Below, one piece after another: positions 1 through 12,789 of a DNA stretch of 64,000 nucleotides. The notes under the pieces were generated by a model that made no database searches, was not told where the DNA came from, and saw only the letters and a program-made list of their open reading frames with translations. Both the position numbers and the translations under genes were made by a program. Positions within the stretch are counted from its first letter, which is position 1. Each line of letters begins with the position of its first letter. This DNA comes from Octopus sinensis (Eukaryota): the NCBI RefSeq assembly GCF_006345805.1, contig NC_043000.1, positions 46,004,001 to 46,068,000 on the forward strand, given 5' to 3'.

Positions 1-654
1 TCACCTACAAGAGATACAATCTCCTCCCTCCTTTCCCAGTCATCAATGATCCTCATGTTTTTCTTCATTTTCTTCCCAATATATTACTTGATGTTGCATA
101 ACCATCCCCTTTGTGACCAGGAATTTGTCTATACATGACCATATTCATCAAATGAAGAATATATCAAGTTTCCATTTCATTTTCTACCTTTCAAGAATTG
201 ATAGATGAGTTCTGTGTTTCACAGTCTTCTTTGCAGTTCTTTTTTTGTCTTTTAATTTTCATTAGTTTGACTTTTCACTATAAAACAAAAGATCTTTTTA
301 TTCCATTTCATTTCAAGAGTCATGGTCTTTCTCTCTTATTCTTACTTTCGGTAGCTAACATACATAATCTGCACCCATAGAACACATTTAAAATCATTAT
401 CACTCTTTAAAAGAATGATGTACAATCAAGCAAAATGTGTAAAATTTCTACTATATACCACCTTTTAACAGAAATTCTCCCCACTCATCCAAAAATGCAT
501 GCTTTGCCATTTATGCTTTTGTCAAACTTCTTCAGCATGTGCAACAGTTTCGGTTACCTTGAACTTCGTTTAATGTTATATCTATTTCCATGTACAGAAG
601 GCAATGTTCAATAGCAGTTGTTGTCCTTGCTGTTATCACCACAACTCTTATCAC

Positions 655-880
655 CATAGATCTAAGTCCAAACACTCTCTAGCCATGACCAGTTTATCGC
701 ATAGAGAAATTAACTTGGATTACATTGTTTACTATATCTTTTCCCTTTTTAAAGACAGTAGACTGTGGTTTTAGGGAAATTTAGCTGCTACTTTTTGCAT
801 ATTGAGCAACCATGTATAAGTTTATACATTGGCTTAGTATTTTCACTAGCATTTACAAGGGATATGAACAAGTGTGCATT
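655..880 (+). repeat. Old unclassified interspersed repeat (related pieces near 16925-17000, 25545-25670, 34850-35045)
   Basis: Shared motifs 'ccagccatgacca' and 'tttagctgcta...agca'; reverse complement seen at 34850-35045. Family not named. Confidence 0.4.
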
Positions 881-994
881 TTTTCATGGTTCTTTTCAAG
901 TATAGTGTACCTAGAACTACCTTTTTCAGTCAGTCATACCTTTTTAAGATTGTAGAGACTGACCTCAGGAAAACTGTCAGCTATTTTTAGCAAA

Positions 995-1640
995 CAGAGT
1001 TAGCTAGGTGATAAGAAGTTTGCTCCCCAACCATACAGCTTCAGGCTAAGTCCCACTATGTGGCAACTTAGGCAAGTGTCTTCTAGAATAGCCCCAGGCC
1101 AACAAAAGCCTTGTGAGTGTATTTGGTAGATCGAAACTGAAAGAGGTGGTGAGCTGGCAGAAATGTTTCCACGCCGGGTGAAATGCTTAGCAGTATTTCA
1201 TCTGTCGTTATGTTCTGAGTTCAAATTCCGACGAGGTCAACTTAGTCTTTCATCCTTTCGGGGTCGATAAATTAAGTACCAGTTACGCACTGGGGTCGAT
1301 GTAATCGACTTAATCTCTTTGTCTGTCCTTGTTTGTCCCCTCTATGTTTAGCCCCTTGAGGGCAATAAAGAAATAAGAAACTGAAAGAAGCCCATTGTAT
1401 GTATGTATGTGTATTTCTTTGTGCCTGTGTTTACACCTACCACTGTTTGGCAACTGGTGTTGGTATGTTTACATCCTGATAACTTAGAAGTTTTACAAAG
1501 GAAAATAACAGAATAAGTACCAGGTTTGAAAAACAAAAAAGTACGAGGGTTGATTTGTTTCACTTAAATTCAAGGCAGTGCCCAAGCATGGCCACAGGCA
1601 AGTAACTGAAACAAGTAAAAGACACATAAAAGATCAAAGA
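995..1640 (+). mobile_element. tRNA-derived CORE-like SINE (family B), split by a SINE A insertion
   Basis: Degenerate head, CORE-like 'ttaggcaagtgtctt', central microsatellite and 'gactgaaacaagtaaaaga' tail, collinear with the intact copy at 60282-60705. Confidence 0.85.
1145..1376 (+). mobile_element. tRNA-headed SINE (family A), monomer, with 12-bp TSD
   Basis: A-box/B-box-like head (tggcagaaa; gagttcaaattcc). TSD GAAACTGAAAGA at 1133-1144 and 1377-1388. Confidence 0.9.
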
Positions 1641-2346
1641 TACTCTGTAGATGTTCCGTCTTCGCCCTGGTTGCATTCATAACTGATCATCTGCGCTCAA
1701 TACAGCAGCTGAAGTTGTGCTATGCACAAGACGTAAACTAGGAGTTTACATGATAAAAAACAAAAAAACATTTTTCGTAAAAATTTTCTTCATGTCAGCA
1801 TATATAATATAATAATTTATTGTAGGCAGTGTTCAGGTTCACTATAATACAATAAAGAAAGAATTTTGAAAAGGTGTCAGAAAGCATCAACATGTCATGT
1901 AAAAACAGACAGCAATGATAGTCAAAATTCATACTTAGTAGAGAAGATAAAAACAAAAGACAGAAAAGGGAACAATGAACCAGCTATAAAGAGGAAAACG
2001 TGCATAGGAACATCAGAAGTAACGTTTTATCTTAGGTAAAACTAGATCATAAAAGAAGCTGTTTCACAACCAGTAGACACTAAGATATGATACAAAATAG
2101 CTAAACATTAAAAAATAAACATATGAATTGAACAGTTTTATCTATAAGTAATCAAGATCAGAATCTATTTATTGCTATGATAGCTATCTTCAAGGCAGTA
2201 CCTTTAAAAAATAATTTTTTCATCTTAGGTGAGCCATAGGTAGGAATTAAATAGATTTTCATTTCATTTAACTTTCTGTATTTCAAAGCAAAATGGTTAA
2301 AGGCATCACATTTATTTAATCAATAACTTTTTGAAATATTGCACTG

Positions 2347-2795
<449 letters not shown>

Positions 2796-4093
2796 TGAGG
2801 GGGAAAAAATCTACCTTCGTCATAAAGTTTAAATTTATTCTTTAATATTTCCAAGTAATTTGATAATGTAATTGTATAAATATTTTATTATTGCTAGTTA
2901 AGTTATGACTAAAATTCTCATTCATAAAGGTAGCTGTTGACTTGAATATTATTATATACTCTCCAAGAATATTAGACGAAGCCTGTAATTCCTGCTATAC
3001 AATTTACTTTCAAACAAATTACATTAAAATCAACTTTTACTGGGAAACTATTTTCTAAGAGTGTGGGATTCACATTAAGTACTGTATTCTCTGCCTTAGC
3101 TCAGATCTTTACTGGTTGGAATTCACCTTCCGGTTAAGAAAAGTTAATTAATTTGTTGTCCTTTGCATACTTGTAAATCATTACGACAACCTCTGACCTT
3201 TTGAAGCACTCATCCAATTTTATGGCTCATTTTAAAAGCTTATCATGAAATATTGCCTTCATGTAAAGAACCATGTATAAAATAGATAAATTCATTTTAT
3301 ACATTGATACCGAATTGATTTTCTTTTTCTTTTTTTTATATTCCTGATATAAACTTATAAACTTAGGTCACTCTATGTAATTTGCTGTTAATAAAGTTTT
3401 GTTTTAGTTAATGGCAATAAATAGCTCAGAAAATAATTAATTTGACCGAAGTAGACTTACGGATCAATTTTCATCCTTAATAGTAAGTATACTCTACTGT
3501 GTTCATGCTTCTGTGTTTGTGTATTTGTTTTTGTCGATTTTCAATCAGTTGCTAATTTTTATTAGATTATTTCCTTTGATTTGTGATTTCTATGAGAAAT
3601 TAATGCCATGGACAGAAATCAAATTAACAGCTTTATGTAATTCAGACAATTTATAACAGAGCATATTATACAGCGTAATTTCTTCTGAATCTAACACTTG
3701 ATCAATGTGTTACCATGTTCCTTCCTACTGATAGCTTCTTTTGTTCACTGATTCAAGTCCTTCTTTTGACATATAAATTGCTGGTAAATAAAATTATAGG
3801 ATTTTCATTTCTAAACAAAATGCTTTACTAATTAACGAAGCATTAAACAACTGACAATGAAGTCTGTGTCTCTATTGACTCTAATGTCAGCGGCAGTTCA
3901 TTAAAACTGATAATAATTGGGAAAAGGTTCCTTCAAGTAACCTAGAGATCAAGCATTAAAGCTTTTGAAAATATTTCAACTGCTGTTGTTTAAAATTTGG
4001 CAGTCCTACATCTTTTATTAAAATGTGCTCGAAATGCAGTAAAACTTTTTTTGTTTCAGGAAGGAATTAACTTTATATTTGGTATATTATTCT

Positions 4094-4510
4094 TATTTCT
4101 TTACTGCCCACAAGGGGCTACACACAGAGGGGACAAACAAGGACAGACAAACGGATTAAGTCGATTTTATCGACCCCAGTGCGTAACTGGTACTTAATTT
4201 ATCGACCCTGAAAGGATGAAAGACAAAGTCAACCTCGGCAGAATTTGAACTCAGAACGTAACGGCCGATGAAATACCTATTTCTTTACTGCCCACAAGGG
4301 GCTACACACAGAGGGGACAAACAAGGACAGACAAACGGATTAAATCGATTATATTGACCCCAGTGCATAACTGGTACTTATTTAATCAACCCCCAAAGGA
4401 TGAAAGGCAAAGTCGACCTCGGTGGAATTTGAACTCAGAACGTAGCAGCAGACGAAATGCCACTAAGCATTTCACCTGGCATGCTAACGCTTCTGCCAGC
4501 TCGCTGCCTT
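4094..4510 (-). mobile_element. SINE A dimer (full copy 4279-4510 plus headless copy 4094-4278)
   Basis: Two tandem copies starting 'atttctttactgcccacaagggg' on the + strand; the tRNA-like head is present only in the right copy. Confidence 0.9.
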
Positions 4511-4809
4511 CATATTGGTATATTATTTCTATGAGAGTTTCGCTGTTCTCCTTATCATAACAGCAATATTAACTAAAAGGCAGAAAGCTTGGTATTTATA
4601 TTAAAAGTACAGAGTGCCTGGGTTAAATTTGACAATTTTATGTCTTGTATTTTTTTTGGGAACAGCTTGATGTATTGGGAACAGTCAACGGTTTTGGAGA
4701 GTTAAAGTTGTAGCTGAGAAAAACTTAGCTGACATGGAAGACTGGAAGCCATCAGAATATTGGAAAAGTGTTACCTGTACCATGATGATTCATTCCTGGT
4801 ATTCAAATG

Positions 4810-5075
4810 TTGTTGTTTGTTCCTTCTCAAGCCATGCCTGGCCCATAAGGGCTGGTTTCCCGGTTTCTTTGGCGTATAGGTTCCCCACCTGGATGGGATG
4901 CCAGCCCATTGCAGGTGAGCAGCACGATGCAGGAGGAAAGAGTGAGAGAAAGTTGTGGCGAAAGAGTCAGCAGAAGTTTGCTCATAAACACACACATCGC
5001 CCAGTCTGAGACTCAAACCCGTGATCCCTCCACTGCGAGTCAGCTGCTCTAACCACTAGGCCATGTGCCTCCACA
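4810..5075 (-). mobile_element. tRNA-derived SINE (family C) inserted in the TIR element
   Basis: Minus-strand head GTGGAGGCACATGGCCTAGTGGTTAGAGC...GGGTTTGAGTCTC; 12-bp TSD GGTATTCAAATG at 4798-4809 and 5076-5087. Confidence 0.9.
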
Positions 5076-5149
5076 GGTATTCAAATGCCAACATCATGAC
5101 CATTACTCAATGCTCTGTGGACACTGTAAAGGCTGCAAGATGTGTTTTG

Positions 5150-5300
5150 GACATCAGGGAAACCAAGATACCCAAACTGTGATGGTCTTTGAATGTGTCT
5201 CCCAAGAGGGTTACATCATGCAGCACCACAACTTTGAACAGAGCCTTAGGCTCCATTCAGATAGTTATGTGAAGCTGCTGGAGACTGTGGTTAAACCTTC
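5150..5300 (+). pseudogene. Degenerate DDD transposase fragment (maT/DD37D-like)
   Basis: TVMVFECVSQEGYIMQHHNFEQSLRLHSDSYVKLLETVVKP resembles the VMV..VS.EG....F.E.G.....Y...LE.VVKP segment of Bmmar1-type transposases (recalled motif). Confidence 0.7.
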
Positions 5301-6259
5301 GTTGAATTTGGCTCCTTTCTATGACTTCACCACTTCCAATTTCTGGCTTCTAATTCTCCTGATTGTAATTCCATGGATTATTATGCAGTGGTAGAAGCAG
5401 CAACAGTAGCAGCTGCAGCAGTATTAGCGTGGGTGGTGGCAGTAGTAAAAGTGGTAGCAGCAGCAGCAGCAGCAACAACTTCAGAAACTCCTATACAAAC
5501 AACAACAAGAGTTGATTGTCTTGACTGCATGGCAATGTTGGTGGAGGATGAGGTTGGTTTTGTTGAGCTTTTCTCTCCTGTCATTTAATTTCTTCGTTTC
5601 TCTTCTGGTGATTTTGAAGCTTTTGGTTCCAATGGTGATGGCACACCACCACTTGGCATAGTCTCAGGTTTATGTTACAAATAATTTAGGCTCAATTACA
5701 GTGACTTTCAGCATTGTTTTGAGTTGCGATTCCTCATTGTCAATGGTATTTTAGACATTCCATCCATAACTTCTTAGACAATTATTCAGCGCTATTGCAG
5801 ATTTGCATGGTTTGGAGTGTAGGTAACACTTTCCCAATATTCTGATGGCTTCCAGTCTTCCATGTCAGCTAAGTTTTTCTCGGCTACAACTTTAACTATC
5901 CAAAACCGTTGACTGTTCCCAATACATCAAGCTGTTCCCGAAAAATAACAAGACATAAAATTGTCAAATTTAACCCAGGCACTCTGTACTTTTAATATAA
6001 CTGGTCAGGTTTGCATACATTGCCCCTCTTTCATTATCATAGGAAATTCAGTAGATGGAGTGACAAATGAGATCACCATAAAGAAACATGTGTATGTCAT
6101 TGAGTTATAATGATCAACATACATACAAACAAAGAAACATTGTGACCAGTGGTGTATAACAACATCTGATAGTTTGGTTGATGCAGTAATACAACGATCC
6201 ATACACACACACACGCGCACATGGGCATATGCACGCTCTCTCTCTCTCTCTCTGAATGT

Positions 6260-6410
6260 ACTTCTTTCACTTTCTGTTTACCACATTATTCACAAAGCTT
6301 TAGTAGGTTTGGTGTTATACTTGAAGACATTTTTCAAAGATGTCACTCAATGAGACAGAACCTGAAGTGAAGTGGTTCAGAAGTGAACATCATACACAGG
6401 CAGCCATACA
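6260..6410 (-). mobile_element. Old SINE B 5' half
   Basis: Degenerate match to the family-B head and CORE-like region. Confidence 0.55.
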
Positions 6411-6699
6411 TATACTTTTATATTAATACATTCATACCTGTATATACATAGATATAGAAACGGATATCAATTTGTATGATTGTGTATAGAAGAATATATT
6501 AATCGAAGCATTCCTGTCACAACCTGCAAGAAAGTATACTAGTTCAAGGAGAATAGACATTTAATATTTAATTTTCAATAAAACATTCAATACTTCGTTT
6601 CATTTCTTTTTTACTATATAATCTATATTCCATATCCTATATTATTACTATAAGAATATAAAACATAAAAAAACAGACAGAATTGGAATTCCTTTGAGT

Positions 6700-6731
6700 A
6701 ATACATACATATATATATACATATACATACA

Positions 6732-6792
<61 letters not shown>

Positions 6793-6795
6793 GTA
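6700..6795. repeat. (TA)/(CA) compound microsatellite
   Basis: Directly visible. Confidence 0.95.
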
Positions 6796-6799
6796 CATA

Positions 6800-7191
6800 C
6801 TAGCAGCATAGCCCGGCGTTGCCGGGTATGTAAGAGCCCCTAGTAGGCAACGACTAATCCCAATCTAGTTCTTTCCCTCTAGGGAACGAATGCGTATGTG
6901 TAGGTTGCAACGTCTTCTCTTCACTCGAACACTTCTATGTATACGATGTTCCTAGCTGTCTCCTGCATATAAAAAGCTTAAATTGTCGACCCCATGTCGA
7001 ATTTATCGATTATTTTCAAAACTGGGCGAACTTTTCAAAAGTTTTGCTGCGTTAGTTTTGAATTATGACATTGGGCTATGTGTGTGTCAAGTTTCATCAG
7101 AACCGGTTGAAAGCCGTGGTCAGGGTGAGGGTACAACCTGACAGACACACAGATACACAGACAGACAAACTGCCGTTTATATATAGAGAGA
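6800..7191 (-). mobile_element. Non-autonomous Helitron
   Basis: Minus strand starts TCTCTCTATATATAAA and ends with hairpin CCCGGCAACGCCGGG then CTAG; sits between A and T; homologous to 30944-31384. Confidence 0.85.
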
Positions 7192-7414
7192 TAATGAAAA
7201 GATAGGGAGATAGCATACAAGAACTCAGTTATAATCTAGATTATGGCTAGCTTCCTCAAGTTGTAAGTTACATCAAGAATTAATTAAGGTAAGCAATCCC
7301 ACTATATTTCATCCAATGGGCAAATCCTGGATTTGCTTTACTGGATTATAAATATTTCACCGAGTGTATATCCAAGGTAATTACAGTGAATACACACATT
7401 ACTATATCTGCATG

Positions 7415-7728
7415 TTTTTTTAATTTATACAGGCAACTGTATAACATATTTAGTTTAAATGTGTTCTACACCCGTTTCTGCTACATAGATAACTAGCAAT
7501 TGTATTTGCATCCATTTACTTTCGATTGGTTATTAGTCTCTGCAACTTTATTTAAGACCCATCCTCAAACCACGTCATTGGATGGGCCTTGAATAAAGTT
7601 GCATAGACTAATAACCAGTTGAAAATAACTGGATGCAAATGCAATTACTAGTTATCTATGCAGCAGAAACGTATATGAGACACATTTAAGCCAAATATGC
7701 AGCATTATTGCTTGTATAAATAAAAAAA
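7415..7728. mobile_element. Foldback/MITE-like long inverted repeat
   Basis: ~140-bp imperfect arms (7423-7564 and 7580-7721) around a ~15-nt loop. Confidence 0.7.
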
Positions 7729-7840
7729 TATACAGACATACTAATCTATGTATTCATTGTAATTGTCTTATATATATATGTGTGTGTGTGTTTATATACA
7801 TGTGTATATATACATGTGTGTGTGTGTGTATATATATATA

Positions 7841-9195
7841 TCATCATCATTATCATCGATTTACGTCTGTTTTCCATGCTGGCATGAGTTGGACGGTCTG
7901 ACTGAGGTCTGGAGAGCCAGCGACTGCACCAGGCTCCAAAATGGTCCGGCAGAGTTTCTACCACTGGATGCTCTTCCTAATGCCAACCATTCCGAGAGTG
8001 TAGTCGGTGCTTTTTATGTACCACCAGCATGAAGTACCTGATTTATGATGTGGGTGACAAGACCATAACCCACACCACCCAATATTTTAAGTATTCCAGC
8101 AGTAATTGCTGATGGACCAGGTGCTTTCCCTCTCTTCATATCCTTAATTGCTTTATCTACCTGGGTACTGTCAATTCTGAGCTGATCCCTCAATTGGGTC
8201 AAACTTTGGCAGACTCTCCTCCTACCATTCATTCTCCACATTCAACAGTCTTTCATAATGGCTTCTCCAAGCCTTTTTCTTTGCAGAATCATTGAACGCA
8301 AGGGCACCATCATCCATGTGGACACATTTCTCTCCTATGACATCATGGTTTTCTCTCACACTCTGTCTTGCAATCTGAAATACTTCAGTTCTTTGGTCCT
8401 CACATCGCTAAACATTGGCAAACTTCTTCTTTTCTGCTACTTCCTTGGCTATACATACCTGTCTTTTAGCTTCCCTTTTGGCTATCTGATACATTCTCCT
8501 GCTACCCCCACTCTTCCAGGCATTCCAGGCCTGTTCTTTGCTCTAATGGCCCGGTCTATAGTGTTGTTCCATCACCATGTTATCCTAGGTCTGGAAGGGA
8601 CTTTGCACCACCCACAAATTTGGTCTCTGGTACTCAGCAAGCTGTCTCACAGGAAATTCCAGCTGCCTTCTATGTCACAGGACTGTAGCTCCTCCTCCGT
8701 ATCATCAAATTTCTCGTTAAGGATATCCCTAAATCTCAGCCCATGTGAAGGTTTCCTAAGCTTCCAAATCATTCTTTTCCAGATTGGTCTGGTTTTGGCA
8801 TCCTTCTGGCCGTCAGTCTAAAGTCACTAATAAGTAGTCTATGTTGCAGGGTAAATTCTTCACCAGGGAGGGTCTTAGTATTTAAGAGCAATCATGCATC
8901 CTGCTGCCTGATGAGAATGAAATCGATCTGGTTAGCAGAGTCACCTGATTGATAGGCTAGCTGGCTTCCTGAGGTTGGTGTTGTGGATCAATAGGTTATT
9001 TGCATCGCAGAACTCCAGGTATCTAGTTCCTTCTTCATTTCTGATACCAACTCTGTGGCCCCTATGTACACCATAGAAGATACCAGATTGCTGTCTGACA
9101 TGCCCATTAAAATCTCCAGCCACAAAGATGTGATCATTATCACTCATTTTTTAGGTAACCTGCAGAAGACTATCATAAAAGTGAATCTTTTCATT
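7841..9195 (-). mobile_element. Internally deleted RTE-clade LINE (AP endonuclease end and linker joined to 3' UTR and (GAT)n tail)
   Basis: IFVAGDFNGHV...RNEEGTRYLEFCDANNL (endonuclease) at 8941-9150; KAIKDMKRGKAPGPSAITAGILK (pre-RT) at 8050-8170; RTE 3' tail at 7841-8030. Confidence 0.85.
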
Positions 9196-9236
9196 TAGTA
9201 GGCCTGCTTGTAGGGCGTAGGTGGAGATAATTATAG

Positions 9237-9237
<1 letters not shown>

Positions 9238-9325
<88 letters not shown>

Positions 9326-9347
9326 TATATATCTGTATGAATTTGTA

Positions 9348-9386
<39 letters not shown>

Positions 9387-9915
9387 GATTTTATGAATAT
9401 ATGTATGTCAGTGTATTTTTGCATGTTTATGTGTGTGCATGTCTGTCTGTGTATGTATGCATGCATTGAAACACACACACCCACATATATAGCATACAAG
9501 CGTTGCTATTTCAACATGTAAGATCTTGGCATCCTATTTTCCTTTTTTTTTTTGTCTTCCTTTTTATTGTTCACTCTGGGAAAGTGCATACCGATTTCCT
9601 GATTTGCCTAAAATAAGCATTTTGCTGTGCTTAAATAGATAACCTGCTACAGATAACAAAAGAGTACAATATATATATATATGTATGTATACTATGTATA
9701 TATATATAAGTATGTATATTATGTATATATATATGTGTGTGTGTGTATGTATATACATGTGTGTGTGTGTACTTATGTGTATATGTATAAGCATACATAC
9801 ACATATATTTGAATTTGGTATATATATATGATATATATTTTATATATGCATGTTTTTATATATATAACAATATATGTATATGTATATGTGTATATATATA
9901 TATATGTATATAGAA

Positions 9916-9978
<63 letters not shown>

Positions 9979-10020
9979 ACTAGATATATAGATAGATAGA
10001 TTTGTGCATATAGATACATA
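9238..10020. repeat. Cluster of (TA)n/(TG)n microsatellites
   Basis: Directly visible at 9238-9390 and 9670-10020. Confidence 0.9.
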
Positions 10021-11059
10021 TGTGTATATATTTATACATAAAAGAAATGCAAGCAGAATATCATGTTGCAGCTACCTTATAATATTTAACACAATTTTGC
10101 AGGTGTATTTTGGTTGTCATAAGTTTTGTTAAGAATATTCTTTAATATTTTATACCAAGATTCAAGAGAGATATATATATGGTACTTACTTTTTGACTTT
10201 TCTAATTTTTATACAAAAGTTTTTTTTTATATATTATTCTCTTATGTGTTGTTAAATGCAAACAACCCTTATATGAATACATAGATATATGATAGATATA
10301 TAGGTAGGTACACACACACACACACACACATGGAGGAAAGGCATTTGACAATGAACACGAAAATATTTTCTATATATGTCTCAAAAAGGAAATGCATATA
10401 TTTCTCTCCAACATGAATATATAATAATATACCTTCACACAATTTTGTTGCCCTTCTTCAAATGGAACTAAATTCTATTAGCATCCATCACTCATTCACG
10501 TTATCATTCCTTCCCACATTATTTTCCACCGATAACTTCCTTTCTTTACTTTCAGATATTTTCCCTTCTCCTCTGGGCTACATCTTAGACTGTCATGACT
10601 CATATCTGCTATCATTCTCATATCCTCTATCAATGCCCTCCATCTTTGTTGCCTCACTCACTCAAGCCATCCTTACATACCTCTGACCTCCATCTTTGTC
10701 AATGTACATCCCCCTCTTATCCCAACTCTAACCTCAACACCTCACTACTTTCTGATCTGTATAGAAATTTATGACACAGCAGTTCTCTTCTCTTTCTGTG
10801 ATGCTGTTTGTCCCCTCATCTTTTTATGCTGCTTCCATCTTTCTCACTTCCTCCCCTCACTGCTGATATTTGTCCTCAACCAAACTTCGTTCATCACTCA
10901 CAACATTCAGCACTACCCCTACCTCTAAATATGTCCTATGTATCTCACACTCCTATGTTATTTCCCATATCTCTTTCCCAATTGTTCTATTTGTATTCTC
11001 TATTACATTTAGTAGTTTGCTCTGGTAACTCATCACCACCTTGTTATTCTAACTCACCT

Positions 11060-11192
11060 TAATTTAATATTGGGTAGCCATGTATCTCAATAAAAAGACA
11101 TCTGTGCTTGTCTCTCTTTCATAGTTTAACCGCTCAACATCTGAACATCTGACACGAATATCCCTTCTCAAATATACATGTTTATATACATG

Positions 11193-11229
<37 letters not shown>

Positions 11230-12140
11230 ATACATATATATATATATATATATAGGATTGGTTTTTCCAACACAAAAAATTTCTTACAAACTATCTCTTC
11301 ACATAATAACAACCTGTTAAACATTAATACATTTACTAATGCTAACATTAATTTAGCTAATAACATCCATCCCTCTAGAAATATTAATAATAAGGTTATT
11401 GTAGCTGAAGTCAATTCCAACAGAATTAAGTTTATGTCAAGTAACTCTAAAATTAAAAATTCTATATACCAGCATAAAATCATTTCTCATAATAAAGTAC
11501 AATTCTACATTGGAACCACATCGTTACAGTTATCTAAAATAATTTCTATCCATTACTCAACATTTACGGATAGAAATAAACGTAACAGTACAGGGCTCTA
11601 TAAATTAATTTGGGATCTAAAAGACCACAACGAGCAATTTAATTTAGAATGGTTGATTCTCTCAATCTCAATACCTTATGACAAAGGCAAGGAATTCTGT
11701 CTTCTCTGTAATTCTAAGCTATTTTTCATTATTTTTTCTAAAAATCCCCTAGTAAACATGGTTATAGAGCGTGCATACTGATGTAAACATTCGCAAAAAC
11801 TTACCTTTAGTTCATATAAGTAATCTCTATCATTATATATAATTTAAACCTTAATTTTCTTTTTATGTTTAACATTCACTAAAACAATATCCCTCCTCTT
11901 TCTATTGGCTACTTCTGACGTTAAATCATATAACGTTTTTTCAAACAATATTAATAACGTTCAGTAAATCACTGTACATATACATCATTTTCTGTTAAAA
12001 TGTCTTATTGACGAGTTTCATTCCTTCACTTCCCTGAAGAGAAGATTACATTGTTTTACACCATTTATTCCATTGGAATAATATCAGTGATATCTTCGAA
12101 ATATGTGTTGGAAGTAAAAGTATTTGAATTATACCTGCAT
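11060..12140 (+). mobile_element. Penelope-like retroelement 3' fragment with GIY-YIG endonuclease remnant and pLTR
   Basis: ORF 11212-11781: FYIGTT...RNSTGLYKLIWDLKDHNEQFNLEWLIL...PY...CLLC matches the C-terminus of Penelope-like GIY-YIG domains; hammerhead motif lies downstream. Confidence 0.8.
12028..12115 (+). ncRNA. Minimal type-I hammerhead ribozyme motif
   Basis: Stem I ACTTCC(12028-33)/GGAAGT(12110-15); core CTGAAGA(12034-40); stem II GAAGAT/ATCTTC(12041-46/12092-97); GAAA(12098-101); short stem III; NUH triplet GTT(12107-09). Confidence 0.7.
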
Positions 12141-12157
12141 TAAATTTCATATATATA

Positions 12158-12770
12158 TCTCTATATATATAAAACTGAGAATGTGTGTCTGTCTGTCTGT
12201 GTGTTTCCCTAAAACTTGAGAACTACACAACTAATTTCATTCAAATTTTACACATGCCTTACTTAGGGTCGATGTAGTTTCATGGGCAAGAAAAATGTTC
12301 AACTTCTTGCCTAGGGCAAGCCCATAGCAATATCATATCTTCTCCACTATTTCAGTATTACATGTTAAAAGTGAAACAAAAACATTTCTCTATTTTATGT
12401 CAGATACTTTCACTTTAACAATAAAAATTAGCGATAATAACAAAAGTAAAAATAGCAATTGGTATAAAATTGCATCAATGACTTGAACTTGAATAAGTGG
12501 TTTCACATGAATGGGAATAAATTAAAAATAAAATTAGTGTGCAGAAATGGAATAGTCCAGATGGAGCTGTGCACATACCGTTTACCACAGCTTTTACATT
12601 AGATTATCTGCTAATTAGCTAGCATTAAGTATCTATATGAAGTTTGGCTGTATGTAATGTCTGTTTTCTCGAACAGCCGTTTCTACTGAGTACTGCTGTT
12701 GGTTTATTTCTTATACATAAACGACTATAGCCTCAACTGCATACTGCTTTTTGATTCACCGTAAGGTTTG
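12158..12770 (+). mobile_element. Helitron-like element, 5' portion
   Basis: A|TCTCTATATATATAAA start followed by a CTGT microsatellite, as in the other Helitrons; no CTAG end seen. Confidence 0.55.
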
Positions 12771-12789
12771 TTGTTATTATTATTATTGT

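Larger units (their letters stand above)
4596..6000 (+). mobile_element. Non-autonomous Tc1/mariner (maT/DD37D-like) element with ~180-bp terminal inverted repeats
   Basis: 4596-4776 is the reverse complement of 5821-6000 with few mismatches; possible TA TSD at 4597-98 and 5998-99; internal transposase remnant. Confidence 0.8.

Noticed and set aside
1651-1732. Candidate 82-bp exon (AG|...|GT, CSVFALVAFITDHLRSIQQLKLCYAQD)
   Set aside because: A-rich, poor acceptor; no recognisable homology or partner exons. RNA-seq would be needed.
8258-8821. 187-aa plus-strand ORF
   Set aside because: Antisense shadow of the RTE fragment.
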